From positions 21,509-85,508 of the forward strand of contig JAJYFR010000003.1 in the NCBI GenBank assembly GCA_021785355.1: DNA of 64,000 nucleotides, written 5' to 3'. Shown one piece after another: positions 38,250 to 48,616 of this stretch. The position numbers were made by a program, and so were the translations under genes. Source of the stretch: a bacterium. GTDB lineage: Bacteria > Patescibacteriota > Dojkabacteria > JAKAPS01 > JAJZLI01. Within the stretch, counting starts at the first letter, position 1, and every line of letters starts with the position of its first letter. The notes beneath the pieces are model-generated. The model was given only the letters and a program-made list of their open reading frames with translations, had not been told where the DNA came from and did not search any database.

Positions 38250-40255
38250 AAATATATCTTAGGATCTACTGTCAAAATATCTCCTTTCTTAGTTAAGATA
38301 ATTGGATTTATATCTATCTGAGATATCTGAGGAATATTTTCAATTAGATAAGATAATCCCATTAACACATTAATAATATCACTCTCTTTGTATTTTTCAA
38401 GACCTCTAAACCCATGTAAAAGAGGGTAAAATTTAGTTTTTCTTAAAAGATTCAAAGCCTCTTCTTCATTTATAGGGAGATACTCTTTTATATGATCATC
38501 TAAAATTTCTGTTAGAATACCTCCTGTACCTAACACTATTACAGAACCTATACCTTCATATCTTATAACTCCTGTCATTATTTCAAAAGTTGAATCAATA
38601 TACTCTTGCATTAATACTCTACTAGATAAAGATTGCAATCTTCTATACGAAGATAATAAATCTTCATAGTTTTGAATATTATTAATAACCCCCTTCTTAT
38701 CTGATTTATGAGGAATATCTTTATCCTCTACTTTTAAAGTTAAAGGATATCCTATATTAAGAACTGATTTCTCTAAATCTTCTATATTTTCTATTACTCT
38801 GAATTTAGGAAATTTAATATTAAATTTTTCTAAAATATTTACACTATCTTCAAATCCTAAAATTTTACCTTTATTATTGCTATCAATTATTGAAATGATT
38901 TCTTTTTTATCTATCTTTAAATTATTTTCATATTTTATAGATTTACCATGAATAAATTTATCTAAATAGTTTAAAGCATTAATAGCTCTCTCAGGGAAAC
39001 TATATGAGGGAATCTGAAGATTTGTGAGAAAATTTATAGCTTTTTGAGCATAAAAGCCTCCTGTAAAAACTGAAATTACAAATTTTTCTGAACAAGTTAA
39101 TGAAAAATCGTTTATAACATTAGCAATTTCATCAATATCAGTACTTGCTTGAGGCGTTATTATAACCATAACTATATCTATATTTTCATCATCTTTTAGT
39201 ATATCTAAAACATCTCTATATCTTTGAGATTGAGCATCACCTAGTATATCAATAGGATTTGATACTTTTCTTCCTGAAAAATATTTCTCCAGTTTATCTT
39301 TTGTCTCTTGTGATAATTCAGCAAAAGATATTTGGCTTCCTTCCATACAATCAGTAGCTAAAATTGCCATACCTCCTGCGTTTGTAACAATTGCAAGCCT
39401 TGTTCCTTTAATATTGTTATACTTTAAATTTGCAAAAATTTTTGACACATCAAATAAATCTTCTAAAGAGGTTAGTTCTAATATGTTATTTTTTCTTAAT
39501 GCTAAAGAAAGAATATCTCTATCCGATACTATAGCACCTGTATGTGATTGTATTTCAACTTGAGATTTATTACTTTTCCCAGGAGAAAGTATAAATTTAG
39601 GATTTTTTATTTTACCAAAATTATCCATAAATTCTTTGAAATTATCTATACTTTCAAGGTAAAAACATAAACAATCATCTTCTTCTATATGATCCAAAAT
39701 ATCAATTTCAGATATATCCATTTTATTCCCCAAAGATATTGCTTTTCTGATACCTAAGTTATTTTCAGCTGAAAAATCAATAAGGGATGTAAGTATTGCC
39801 CCTGATTGAGTTACCAAAAACAAATTTCCTTCTTTAATATTTTCATTTTTACTAAATGAAGCATTTATACTTGATGATAGTACTCCACATGAATTAGGCC
39901 CAACTACTTTTATATCAGTATCTTTTATAAGGTCTTTTATTTTATTTTCACTATCTATATCTCCTGACTCTTTAAATCCTCCTGCTATTATAACTATACT
40001 TTTTACTTTTTTCTCTACACACTCTGTTACAACATTTACTACATCTTTTTTAGGTATAACAATTACAACAAGATCAATTTCATCTTTAACATCAAGAATA
40101 GAACTATAGAAAGAAGAATCATTTTTATTTACGCCATAAAGTTTACCTTTAAATGAAGAATTCTTTATATTTTTTAATATCCTATATCCTGCTTTAGCAG
40201 TATTTGTACTTGCACCAATAACAACAACAGATGAAGGATTAAATATTTTATCCAT
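38240..40255 (-). CDS. ADP-forming acetyl-CoA synthetase (NDP-forming acyl-CoA synthetase, fused alpha/beta).
   Basis: N-terminal CoA-binding Rossmann region SVVVIGASTNTAKAGYRILKN, succinyl-CoA-synthetase-like ligase domain, C-terminal ATP-grasp. 671 aa. Adjacent to phosphoketolase. Confidence 0.7.
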   Translation of the reverse strand: MDKIFNPSSVVVIGASTNTAKAGYRILKNIKNSSFKGKLYGVNKNDSSFYSSILDVKDEIDLVVIVIPKKDVVNVVTECVEKKVKSIVIIAGGFKESGDIDSENKIKDLIKDTDIKVVGPNSCGVLSSSINASFSKNENIKEGNLFLVTQSGAILTSLIDFSAENNLGIRKAISLGNKMDISEIDILDHIEEDDCLCFYLESIDNFKEFMDNFGKIKNPKFILSPGKSNKSQVEIQSHTGAIVSDRDILSLALRKNNILELTSLEDLFDVSKIFANLKYNNIKGTRLAIVTNAGGMAILATDCMEGSQISFAELSQETKDKLEKYFSGRKVSNPIDILGDAQSQRYRDVLDILKDDENIDIVMVIITPQASTDIDEIANVINDFSLTCSEKFVISVFTGGFYAQKAINFLTNLQIPSYSFPERAINALNYLDKFIHGKSIKYENNLKIDKKEIISIIDSNNKGKILGFEDSVNILEKFNIKFPKFRVIENIEDLEKSVLNIGYPLTLKVEDKDIPHKSDKKGVINNIQNYEDLLSSYRRLQSLSSRVLMQEYIDSTFEIMTGVIRYEGIGSVIVLGTGGILTEILDDHIKEYLPINEEEALNLLRKTKFYPLLHGFRGLEKYKESDIINVLMGLSYLIENIPQISQIDINPIILTKKGDILTVDPKIYLCV

Positions 40256-40352
40256 ATATTATTGTATATAACACAAATATATTAATTTATACAATAATAT
40301 TGTATTTTTCTTTTAAAGTTGTATTATCATAATAAAGGGGGGTGAGTAAGAA

Positions 40353-40844
40353 ATGAAAATAAAAAAAGAAGATTTAATATGGGGTCTTTTAAGATTAAGT
40401 TTGGGTTGGATTTTTTTCTGGGCATTTTTGGATAAATTATTTGGATTAGGTTTCTCTACAAAATTGGGAAAAGGATGGTTAGAAGGTGTATCTCCAACAT
40501 ATGGTTTCTTAAAATTTGGAGCTAAAGGTATTTTTAGTGCACCAATTCAGAGTCTAGCAGGAAACCCTTTAGTAGATTGGTTATTTATGTTAGGTTTATT
40601 TTTTATAGGTATCTCTTTAATTTTGGGAATATTTGTTAAGCTTAGTTCTTATGCAGGAATAATAATATTATTTTTAATGTGGTTATCATTATTTCCTTCT
40701 ACGAATAATCCTTTTTTAGACAAACATCTTGTGTATTTAATATTAATGTGCGGATTTATAGTATTTAATGCAGGGAATTATATAGGATTGGGAAAATGGT
40801 GGAGTAGAAATTCTCTAGTAAGTAAATATCCTATATTAAAATAA
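40353..40844 (+). CDS. DoxX-family membrane protein.
   Basis: LLRLSLGWIFFWAFLDKLFG; four transmembrane helices; 163 aa. Confidence 0.5.
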   Translation: MKIKKEDLIWGLLRLSLGWIFFWAFLDKLFGLGFSTKLGKGWLEGVSPTYGFLKFGAKGIFSAPIQSLAGNPLVDWLFMLGLFFIGISLILGIFVKLSSYAGIIILFLMWLSLFPSTNNPFLDKHLVYLILMCGFIVFNAGNYIGLGKWWSRNSLVSKYPILK

Positions 40845-40905
40845 AATCTATAGTTTGGATGTATGTAAAAATACATCCAGTACTTTTAATGTAATTTAAA
40901 TCTTT

Positions 40906-41532
40906 ATGTTCTATAATGAATATATGGACACAGAAAAAATAGAACAAATATCAATAGGAAAAGTTATTCCTGAAATTAATATAAAAACATATAATCCGAA
41001 GATTAATGCTTTTTCAGAATTCTCTTTAAAAAAATCAAAAGATAATGGAAGATGGACTGTGTTTGTCTTTTATCCCGCAGATTATACTTTTGTCTGTCCT
41101 ACCGAATTAGCAGATTATGCAACAAAACAAGAAGAATTAGAAAAAATTGGAGTTGATATAGTATCTATTAGTACAGATACAGAATTTGTACATATGGCAT
41201 GGAAAAGAGAAGAAAAATTACTTAAAGATGTAAATTTTCAAATGGGAGCAGACCATAATGGATCTGTATCAAAAATGTTTGGGGTTTATGATTATAATAC
41301 AGGAGAAGCTTATAGAGGTACATTTATCATTGATCCTAATTTGGTATTAGTCTCATCAGAGATAAATCTTAATAATGTTGGACGTGATGCAGATGAACTT
41401 ACAAGGAAAGTAAAAGCTTTTATCTATGTATCACTACATCCACATGAAGTATGTCCTGCAAAATGGAGTAAAGGACATAAAACTCTTAAACCTGAAGAAA
41501 CTACTATTGGGAATGTATCTGAATTTCTTTAA
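40906..41532 (+). CDS. Peroxiredoxin (AhpC/TSA family).
   Basis: FVFYPADYTFVCPTELADYA (peroxidatic Cys motif); 208 aa. Confidence 0.85.
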   Translation: MFYNEYMDTEKIEQISIGKVIPEINIKTYNPKINAFSEFSLKKSKDNGRWTVFVFYPADYTFVCPTELADYATKQEELEKIGVDIVSISTDTEFVHMAWKREEKLLKDVNFQMGADHNGSVSKMFGVYDYNTGEAYRGTFIIDPNLVLVSSEINLNNVGRDADELTRKVKAFIYVSLHPHEVCPAKWSKGHKTLKPEETTIGNVSEFL

Positions 41533-41540
41533 TTTTTAGA

Positions 41541-42815
41541 TTACTCATATCTTAGAGCATCTATAGGTTTTAATTTACTTGCTTTAATAGAAGGAATAGT
41601 ACCTGCTACAAAACCTACAAACATAAGAAATATTATTATCCAAATGATTTGTTCAGGATTAAATATAAGTAATTTATATCCAGGGAATGATTTCAGTATT
41701 GAATTAGAAATATATTGATCTATAATATTTCCTACAATTATAGCCAACACTGATCCTATTACGCCTCCCCAAAATCCTATACTTATTGCTTCTATTGAGA
41801 ACATTTTAAAAATATCAAAACTACTCATTCCTATTGCTTTCATCAAGCCTATTTCTCTTGTTCTTTGTATTACACTCATAAATAGTGTATTTATTATTCC
41901 AAATGATGCTACAAATAAAGCAATTAATGCAAATAATGTTAATATTGTTTCTATTGAAAGTATAATATAACTAACTTGTTGAATTTCATCTTTATAAGTT
42001 AATCCATTCATAGAATTTTTACTTAAAAGTGACTTTATTTTATTTATTTGAGTTGTTGTTAAAGTTTTCTTATATACACCTGCTATTTCAATATATGAAT
42101 TTGCTAAATTTGTTCCTTTATCTTCAAATAAAGTAATATTTTTCGCATTTTTAGTACTAATATACCCTGATCCTGTAATTATAGAATTTACTAATACACC
42201 TTTTATTGTATAACTTTTCTTTAATGATATATTTGAAAGATTTTTATATACAATATAAACTTTCTTTCCAATAGCATCTTTTGCAGATGAAAATCCCAAC
42301 GATTTCACATACATAGATGGAATAATTATATAATTATTCTCTCCTAAAGAAGGGAGACTTCCTGCTTCTAGACTAGGAGAAAAGAAACTTCCAGGATAAT
42401 TAGCTACACTAAATTTATATTTTTCATTATTCTTACTTTCTATATATTTAACCTCTGGAACATATAATGGTACTACTTTTTCTATACCTACAATATTTTT
42501 TACTATATTAACTTGTCTTTGATCTATAAAACTTATACCTAAAGTTCCATTATTTTGCTTTGAAGAATATTTTATAGGTTTTAAATTTATACCAACTCCT
42601 GTAGAATTTCCTCCGTTAGATCTAATAATAAGTGTATGGTTCATTTTGATTGAAGAAAATTGATTTTGAAGAAAATTAGTTGCACCATTCCCTAAACTCA
42701 TTGTTAATGTAATAACAAAAGCCCCTATAATAATAGAAAATATAGTTAATACTGTTCTCGTTTTAGAGAGCATTAAATTTTTATTTGCTTTTTTTATTAA
42801 ATCTAATGTTTTCAT
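41541..42815 (-). CDS. ABC transporter permease, FtsX/MacB-like.
   Basis: 424 aa. N-terminal transmembrane helix, large periplasmic loop, C-terminal FtsX-type four-helix bundle. Confidence 0.8.
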   Translation of the reverse strand: MKTLDLIKKANKNLMLSKTRTVLTIFSIIIGAFVITLTMSLGNGATNFLQNQFSSIKMNHTLIIRSNGGNSTGVGINLKPIKYSSKQNNGTLGISFIDQRQVNIVKNIVGIEKVVPLYVPEVKYIESKNNEKYKFSVANYPGSFFSPSLEAGSLPSLGENNYIIIPSMYVKSLGFSSAKDAIGKKVYIVYKNLSNISLKKSYTIKGVLVNSIITGSGYISTKNAKNITLFEDKGTNLANSYIEIAGVYKKTLTTTQINKIKSLLSKNSMNGLTYKDEIQQVSYIILSIETILTLFALIALFVASFGIINTLFMSVIQRTREIGLMKAIGMSSFDIFKMFSIEAISIGFWGGVIGSVLAIIVGNIIDQYISNSILKSFPGYKLLIFNPEQIIWIIIFLMFVGFVAGTIPSIKASKLKPIDALRYE

Positions 42816-42819
42816 TTCT

Positions 42820-43482
42820 TTATATAACCTTTCCGTCTTGTATATGTATTAACTGTGAACATATCCCAGATACATCCTTATCATGAGTTACTATAACAAC
42901 AGTTTTGGAAGATTTCTTGTTTAAATTAATTAATAAATCTATAATATTCTGACTATTTTCTGTATCTAAATTACCTGTTGGTTCATCTGCAAATATTATA
43001 TCTGGATTATTTACAATAGCTCTTGCAACACAAATTCTTTGTTTTTGTCCACCCGATAAATTTATAACTTTCTCATTTACTTTATCCATCATATCAACAC
43101 TTTCTAATGCATCTAGAGCCATTTTACGCCTTTTTGCAAATGATATACCAGAAATTTCTAAAGGAAGCATGATATTGCTAAGCGATGTTTCTTTTTCTTG
43201 AAGATAAAAAAATTGAAATACAAATCCAATTTTTTCATTTCTAAATTTATTTAGTTCTTTATTTTTTATAACCGAAATATTTACATTATCTATCTCAATT
43301 TTACCTTTATCAACACTGTCTAACCCTGACATAACATGCATTAAAGTAGATTTTCCAGACCCAGATTTTCCTACAATTCCTACAATACTTGCTGTTTCTA
43401 TTTCTAGTGAAATGTCATTAAGAGCTGTAAATTTATTTTCCTTTTTACCATAAGTTTTAGTTACATTTGAAACTTTGATCAT
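42820..43482 (-). CDS. ABC transporter ATP-binding protein (MacB/LolD-type).
   Basis: Walker A GKSGSGKSTLMHV, ABC signature LSGGQKQR, Walker B IIFADEPTGNLD. Confidence 0.9.
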   Translation of the reverse strand: MIKVSNVTKTYGKKENKFTALNDISLEIETASIVGIVGKSGSGKSTLMHVMSGLDSVDKGKIEIDNVNISVIKNKELNKFRNEKIGFVFQFFYLQEKETSLSNIMLPLEISGISFAKRRKMALDALESVDMMDKVNEKVINLSGGQKQRICVARAIVNNPDIIFADEPTGNLDTENSQNIIDLLINLNKKSSKTVVIVTHDKDVSGICSQLIHIQDGKVI

Positions 43483-43652
43483 TCTAATATGTTATATATC
43501 ATATAAAATATAAGAAGTAAATTAAAAACACACAATGGTGTATGTTGAATATTTAATATAAAGGATGACTATGTTTTTATAATGTTATTTTGCAACTTAG
43601 TATATTTTCTAACCAATTCACGTTGCATCCTAAATATCTGGTTTAATAATTA

Positions 43653-43681
43653 TTGACATCTAAAATGGAACAGTCTATAAT
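43653..43681 (+). promoter_or_regulatory. Consensus sigma70 promoter giving a leaderless or near-leaderless transcript for the 43690 gene.
   Basis: TTGACA at 43653-43658, 17-nt spacer, TATAAT at 43676-43681. The ORF ATG sits at 43690, about 8 nt after the -10 element. Confidence 0.5.
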
Positions 43682-43689
43682 ACTATACT

Positions 43690-44460
43690 ATGAGACCAGA
43701 GCTAGATAGGCAATTTGAGAATGAGTTAGAAAAACTATCTATGTTAGCTATGTTATATGGTGAAAAGGTGGATGAAAACGGTACACCAGTCAATGAATCT
43801 GATATAGAACTTTTTGAAAGAATATCTAAGTTACATTCTTATTTTCCTGATAATAATAGAGCTATTAATGATGCTATAGAAGAAGACAAAGAGTATCCTA
43901 GTGAGAAAAAAGTTTTTTCTTTTTATAATGGAATAGTAGAGTTATATAAGGATCTATATCAATTAGAACCAACAATGAAGACAACTCAAGTATATCACTA
44001 TATATCAGATGGACAAGTTTTACAACATGAAATAATTCGTAGTAAAATTTCTAAGAGTGGAAGCAAGGCTAGTCTTACATATTATGTAATTGAAGGAGAA
44101 GACATGGCGAAAGAAAAAATTGATGATCCTAATAAAGTCAATGACTTGGTCTATATTCACATAGATATTCCTATAGGAGATTTTGTATATGATATTTCGT
44201 TCAGTATAGATAATCCTAATGGTAAACTAGGGAACCCTGATTATGTAATTCAAAAAGATAGTGCAGGGAATCCTGTTAAGATTTTATGGGAAATAGATGG
44301 TCCTCATATCAGGAGGCAATTAAGAGGTTTTACTGAAAAAATAATAGAACATGGGTTTTTAGGTACTGACTATAATGAGATAGGTTTTGATCTAAATCTT
44401 AAAAATACAGAAATTGATGCAATGAAAATTGTATTTGAAGATTTTGGTATACACATCTAA
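43690..44460 (+). CDS. Hypothetical protein.
   Basis: 256-aa ORF with a strong promoter; no motif. Confidence 0.35.
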   Translation: MRPELDRQFENELEKLSMLAMLYGEKVDENGTPVNESDIELFERISKLHSYFPDNNRAINDAIEEDKEYPSEKKVFSFYNGIVELYKDLYQLEPTMKTTQVYHYISDGQVLQHEIIRSKISKSGSKASLTYYVIEGEDMAKEKIDDPNKVNDLVYIHIDIPIGDFVYDISFSIDNPNGKLGNPDYVIQKDSAGNPVKILWEIDGPHIRRQLRGFTEKIIEHGFLGTDYNEIGFDLNLKNTEIDAMKIVFEDFGIHI

Positions 44461-44592
44461 ATACTGTGGTAATAATCTTGAATATCTAAAAGTGTCTTTT
44501 ACTCTTATCTAAAATATAACCCTATTCCATTTATATTAAACTATTTTTAGATCTATTATAATAGGAAATAATATTAGTATATAATTATCCTT

Positions 44593-45740
44593 TTAAAATA
44601 GTTCTTCAATCTTTTGGAAATAATTTTTTGAATTAAGAACTATAAACTTATGTTCTATAGGAAATATATCTTTGCTCTTCTTATCCTCACTCACTTTAAT
44701 CTCTATACTTATATAGTTCTTTTTATAATCCTCCAATACTATATCAACCTCTGCCCCAGAATATTCTCTATAAAAATAGATAGTCTCTTTTATATCTAAA
44801 TTTTTCCTCCTCTTCTCTATTTCTGATACTATAAAATTTTCAAAGACGCCTCTTTTATCAGGACGAATATTAAGATCTCTAAAATCTTTTACTAGAATAT
44901 TTCGAATTCCTAAATCATAAAAAAACAATTTTCTATTTTCTGACACAGCACGCCTCATATTTGTTTTGAATGATGGTAGTGGGATAAGAATATAATTTTT
45001 GATAAAAATTTCTATATAATTGGATACAGTAGTTTCATTGGCATTTAAACTCTTTGCTATTTCTCTGACAGAAACTTCAGATCCAATTTGTAATGCTATC
45101 TTAGTTAATATATCCTTAGCAAGTTTTTCATCTTTTAAATTATATATATTAACAACATCTTTAAGAACATAAGTATCAAGGATACTTTGCAACAAGTTTA
45201 TTATCTCTACTTCACTTAATTCAGTATTTGCATATATCTCAGGATAAGCTCCATAAATTTGCAACTTACTTTGAAGATTATATTTAAAATTTGACATTTC
45301 ATATGCTGGAACTGAACTATTTTGCACACATTCCCCAATAGACATAGGTAAACAGTAATGTTCCGTATATCTTTCTAAAAGTATATCAAAATCCTTAGAT
45401 GATTTCTTCTTTAATTCACTACTCCCTGTAGCAATTATTTTAACTTTGTACTTATCATGAAGTATTTTGGAGAGACTGTACCTTCTGGATAATTTTGTAC
45501 TTCATCAATAAGAATTATTTTAGTTTCTGCTACAATACTTGAAAGTGCATCCTCAGTGTTGATAAAGCGTTCTTTATCTGAAAGTAAATCAAAGTTAAAT
45601 ATAGGTATAGAAAATTCTTTAGATATTTCTTCAAGAATAGTAGTTTTGCCAGAACGCCTAGGTCCCCAAATAAAAAATATCTTAAAATCATCACTTTTTA
45701 TATAGTTATCTAATTGTTTCTTAATTAATCTTGTTAACAT
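44593..45740 (-). pseudogene. Disrupted AAA_14/DUF4143-type ATPase gene (N-terminal and C-terminal fragments in different frames).
   Basis: 45435..45740 encodes the Walker A N-terminus FFIWGPRRSGKTTILEEI...IDEVQNYPE. 44593..45345 encodes the C-terminal DUF4143-like part. A 90-nt gap and frame change separate them. The intact paralog is at 47236..48489. Confidence 0.5.
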
Positions 45741-45828
45741 ATATTATATATTAACATAAATGTATATAATGCCAATATGTATTTTAATATGAAAATATAT
45801 ACTACATGCAGCCAATTTTATCTATAAT

Positions 45829-45910
45829 TGTCGCATTTGGTGACCTTAAGGTGCCTCAGATCGAACCGCTTTTAGTTTGGATTATTAAATTGATAAAAGT
45901 ATATTTAAAA
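45829..45910. repeat. Degenerate tRNA 3'-end-like repeat (copy A) just downstream of the Fic gene.
   Basis: The reverse complement contains GCGGTTCGATCTGAGGCACCTTAAGGTCACCAAATGCGACAA, which resembles the T-arm/acceptor of tRNA-Glu plus the tRNA-Lys 3' flank. About 60% identical to copy B over 75 nt. No cloverleaf can be formed. Confidence 0.6.
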
Positions 45911-45922
45911 TGATGAAATTTT

Positions 45923-46990
45923 TCAATCTTTTATTATTCTATAGTAAGTTCCCACTCCTTGTCCCAATTTTTCAACTTTCTTTAACTTAATTAATTTATT
46001 TAATACCTGCCTTAGCGTATCTCTTCCTATATCTGTGTTTTGAGATATATCTTTAGGTCTTGCTTCTCCTACTTTAGATATATATTCCCAAACTTTTAAT
46101 TGTATCTTAGTAAGTAAAGATTCTATATTATCATTTGATCTAAAATCAACAGCATATTGAGCTTGCATAATCATAATATCTATAAAAAAATTCATCCAAG
46201 GTAGAATATTTTCCATTTTTTTGTTGAAAGTTTTTTGACTTTTCATCAAAGAGAGGTAATATTCTTGTTTATTTTCTTCTATCAACTTTTCATGAGAGCT
46301 ATATTCTGCATATTTATATCCCCCCTTTAATAATAAAAAACTAGTTAATATTCTTGATAACCTACCATTTCCATCCTGAAACGGATGAATCTTCAAAAAT
46401 TCAACAATAAAATTTCCAATCACTAATAATGGGTGATATTTCTTCGCGAGTAAAGCATTTTGAGTCCATTCTACAAGAGAATGCATTTGGTGAGAAACTA
46501 AATATGGAGGTGTAGTTTCAAAAATCACCTCTACAATATTATTAGGTTCATCTATTAACTCAACATGATTAGGTAGATTTTTATATTCTCCTTTATGTGA
46601 TTGATCCTTTTCTACATATTTTAGAAGTTCATTGTGAAAAGATTTAATACAGTTTTCATTGAAAGTTAAAGTATTAAAATTATTAAATACATTTTCTAGA
46701 AGCTCGAAGTATCCTTTCACTTCTTGCTCATCTCTATTTCTAAAATTTTGAATTTTTATGCCTTTAATAACTTTCTCAATCTCTTCATCAGATAGTCCTG
46801 ATCCTTCAATTCTGGTTGAAGCTCCTGTTGAGGTTATTAGGGCCGACTGTTTAAGTCTACCAAGTGTTTGAGGACTTAATTTCATGCCTCCAATCCACAT
46901 ACCTTTGAGCTCATCGGTTTTAGATATCTTTAGATATATATCTGATGTAATACTTTCTAGTCTTTTATCGAATCTTTTATGATCATCCAT
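45923..46990 (-). CDS. Fic-family protein (AMPylator / Fic-Doc).
   Basis: Canonical Fic motif HPFQDGNGRLSRIL; C-terminal winged-HTH-like region. 355 aa. Confidence 0.85.
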   Translation of the reverse strand: MDDHKRFDKRLESITSDIYLKISKTDELKGMWIGGMKLSPQTLGRLKQSALITSTGASTRIEGSGLSDEEIEKVIKGIKIQNFRNRDEQEVKGYFELLENVFNNFNTLTFNENCIKSFHNELLKYVEKDQSHKGEYKNLPNHVELIDEPNNIVEVIFETTPPYLVSHQMHSLVEWTQNALLAKKYHPLLVIGNFIVEFLKIHPFQDGNGRLSRILTSFLLLKGGYKYAEYSSHEKLIEENKQEYYLSLMKSQKTFNKKMENILPWMNFFIDIMIMQAQYAVDFRSNDNIESLLTKIQLKVWEYISKVGEARPKDISQNTDIGRDTLRQVLNKLIKLKKVEKLGQGVGTYYRIIKD

Positions 46991-47117
46991 AATAAAGTAT
47001 ATTTAACTATACTCAACTATACTACATAATACGACTAATTGCAAGTATTGGTCATGTTGCTATTTCAAACTACACTTGTAGGCAGGTTCTATCAGTACAT
47101 TCAGGATGTTTCAAGTG

Positions 47118-47200
47118 GTAGTGTCGCATCACTTGATCTTGGTGTGCCCTAGATCTAACCCCTTTAGTTTAGATTATTAAAATGATAAAAGTAATCTAGA
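47118..47200. repeat. Degenerate tRNA 3'-end-like repeat (copy B) just downstream of the AAA/DUF4143 gene.
   Basis: The reverse complement contains GGGGTTAGATCTAGGGCACACCAAGATCAAGTGATGCGACA. Compare the tRNA-Glu 3' end GGGTTCGAATCCCGCCAAGGTCAAGT. Confidence 0.6.
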
Positions 47201-47235
47201 TTTTTACTATATCTAATTAAAAAATTATGAATAAT

Positions 47236-48489
47236 TTATATAATTTGCTTTACCAAAACTTTCCATAAAGGAATAAATATTATCTTTTTTTCATCAAATA
47301 CTAATTCTTCTTCAACAGATTCTGTGATAACAGTAGCATTAGTTACATCTAATGATTTCATTGCCTTTAGAAGAGATTTTGGATTAAACTCAGAAATATC
47401 ATTTATGTATTTAGACTCTATCAGTTCTAATCTATCCTGATATTTCAATATAAAATCTACTTCTACTTTATTATCATAATAGAAATAAATTGAATCTGAA
47501 TATTTCTTATATAAATAATCAAACAAAGTTCTCTCTGCAGATTGACCTTTATTAAATTTACCAGATTGATTAAATTGTAATCCATTATCATTTAAATAGT
47601 ATTTTTTAGCAAAATATATTCTCTCATTCCTGCTTGAAGAATAACGTTGTAATTCATATACAGAAAAACTTCCCTTTAAAGCATATATATATTCCCTCAC
47701 TGTTTCTTTACTTATAGACAGAATATTTCCTATTTTTGAAAGACTTGAATGAGACCCTGTTCTATCTGAAAGTAATTTAAATAAGTCTTTAACAATATCT
47801 AAATTTTTAATATTAAAATATTCTACAAAATCTTTATATACAATACTGTCTACAAGATTAGGAAAATATTGTGGATCCTCTTTAATAACATATTCTGGAT
47901 ATCCTCCTTTAAATAAATATTCATTTAATTCATTTTGATATTTATAACTCTCAGATGGAAGAATTTTAATACCTCTAATGCCTATCCATTCTAAAAAATT
48001 TAAAGGATATAAATTCATAATTTCATATCTACCTGTTAGAAAAGATGTTTTTGTATGAATTTTAAAACTTGCAGATCCAGATAAAACTATTTGTATATTT
48101 GGCTCAGTATCATAAAGATTCTTTACTTCTTGCTCCCATGAATCTTTATATTGAATCTCATCTAAGAAAATATATATTTTCTCATCTATACTAAGATTAT
48201 GAATTTTTCTATATTCTCTTAGTAAATTAACAATTGTTATATCTTCAAATGCCCTTGTATCTAAAAGTAAATATAGTATATTTTTTTCTTTTATTCTTGA
48301 TTTTAAAAGATAATCTATATATTGATATATCAAAAAAGTTTTTCCTACACGTCTCCCTCCAAGTAACATTGTAACTTTATTATTTAAAGCCATACTCTTT
48401 AATTTATCAAGAGATTGTTTTCTTATTATCCCTATATTAAATTCTCTATTCATCCACCAAGGATTTTGCATATATAATGTTTCTTCCAT
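47236..48489 (-). CDS. AAA_14/DUF4143-type ATPase.
   Basis: Walker A MLLGGRRVGKTFLIYQY, Walker B IFLDEIQY, C-terminal DUF4143-like region. 417 aa. Confidence 0.65.
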   Translation of the reverse strand: MEETLYMQNPWWMNREFNIGIIRKQSLDKLKSMALNNKVTMLLGGRRVGKTFLIYQYIDYLLKSRIKEKNILYLLLDTRAFEDITIVNLLREYRKIHNLSIDEKIYIFLDEIQYKDSWEQEVKNLYDTEPNIQIVLSGSASFKIHTKTSFLTGRYEIMNLYPLNFLEWIGIRGIKILPSESYKYQNELNEYLFKGGYPEYVIKEDPQYFPNLVDSIVYKDFVEYFNIKNLDIVKDLFKLLSDRTGSHSSLSKIGNILSISKETVREYIYALKGSFSVYELQRYSSSRNERIYFAKKYYLNDNGLQFNQSGKFNKGQSAERTLFDYLYKKYSDSIYFYYDNKVEVDFILKYQDRLELIESKYINDISEFNPKSLLKAMKSLDVTNATVITESVEEELVFDEKKIIFIPLWKVLVKQII

Positions 48490-48616
48490 GTACTAATTAT
48501 GATATATTATCCAATAATTGTCAATATCGGAGAATTCAGATTGACGATAGTAACATTACTCTCGAAATTCTTCATCAATATATTTGGAACGTTTCAAACG
48601 TGTGATATCGAGTTAC

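Noticed and set aside
45829-47200. Considered whether the two ~80-bp elements are genuine tRNA genes.
   Set aside because: Only T-arm/acceptor-like 3' portions are recognisable. No D-arm, anticodon arm or 5' acceptor strand can be folded, so they are tRNA 3' fragments or repeats rather than genes.
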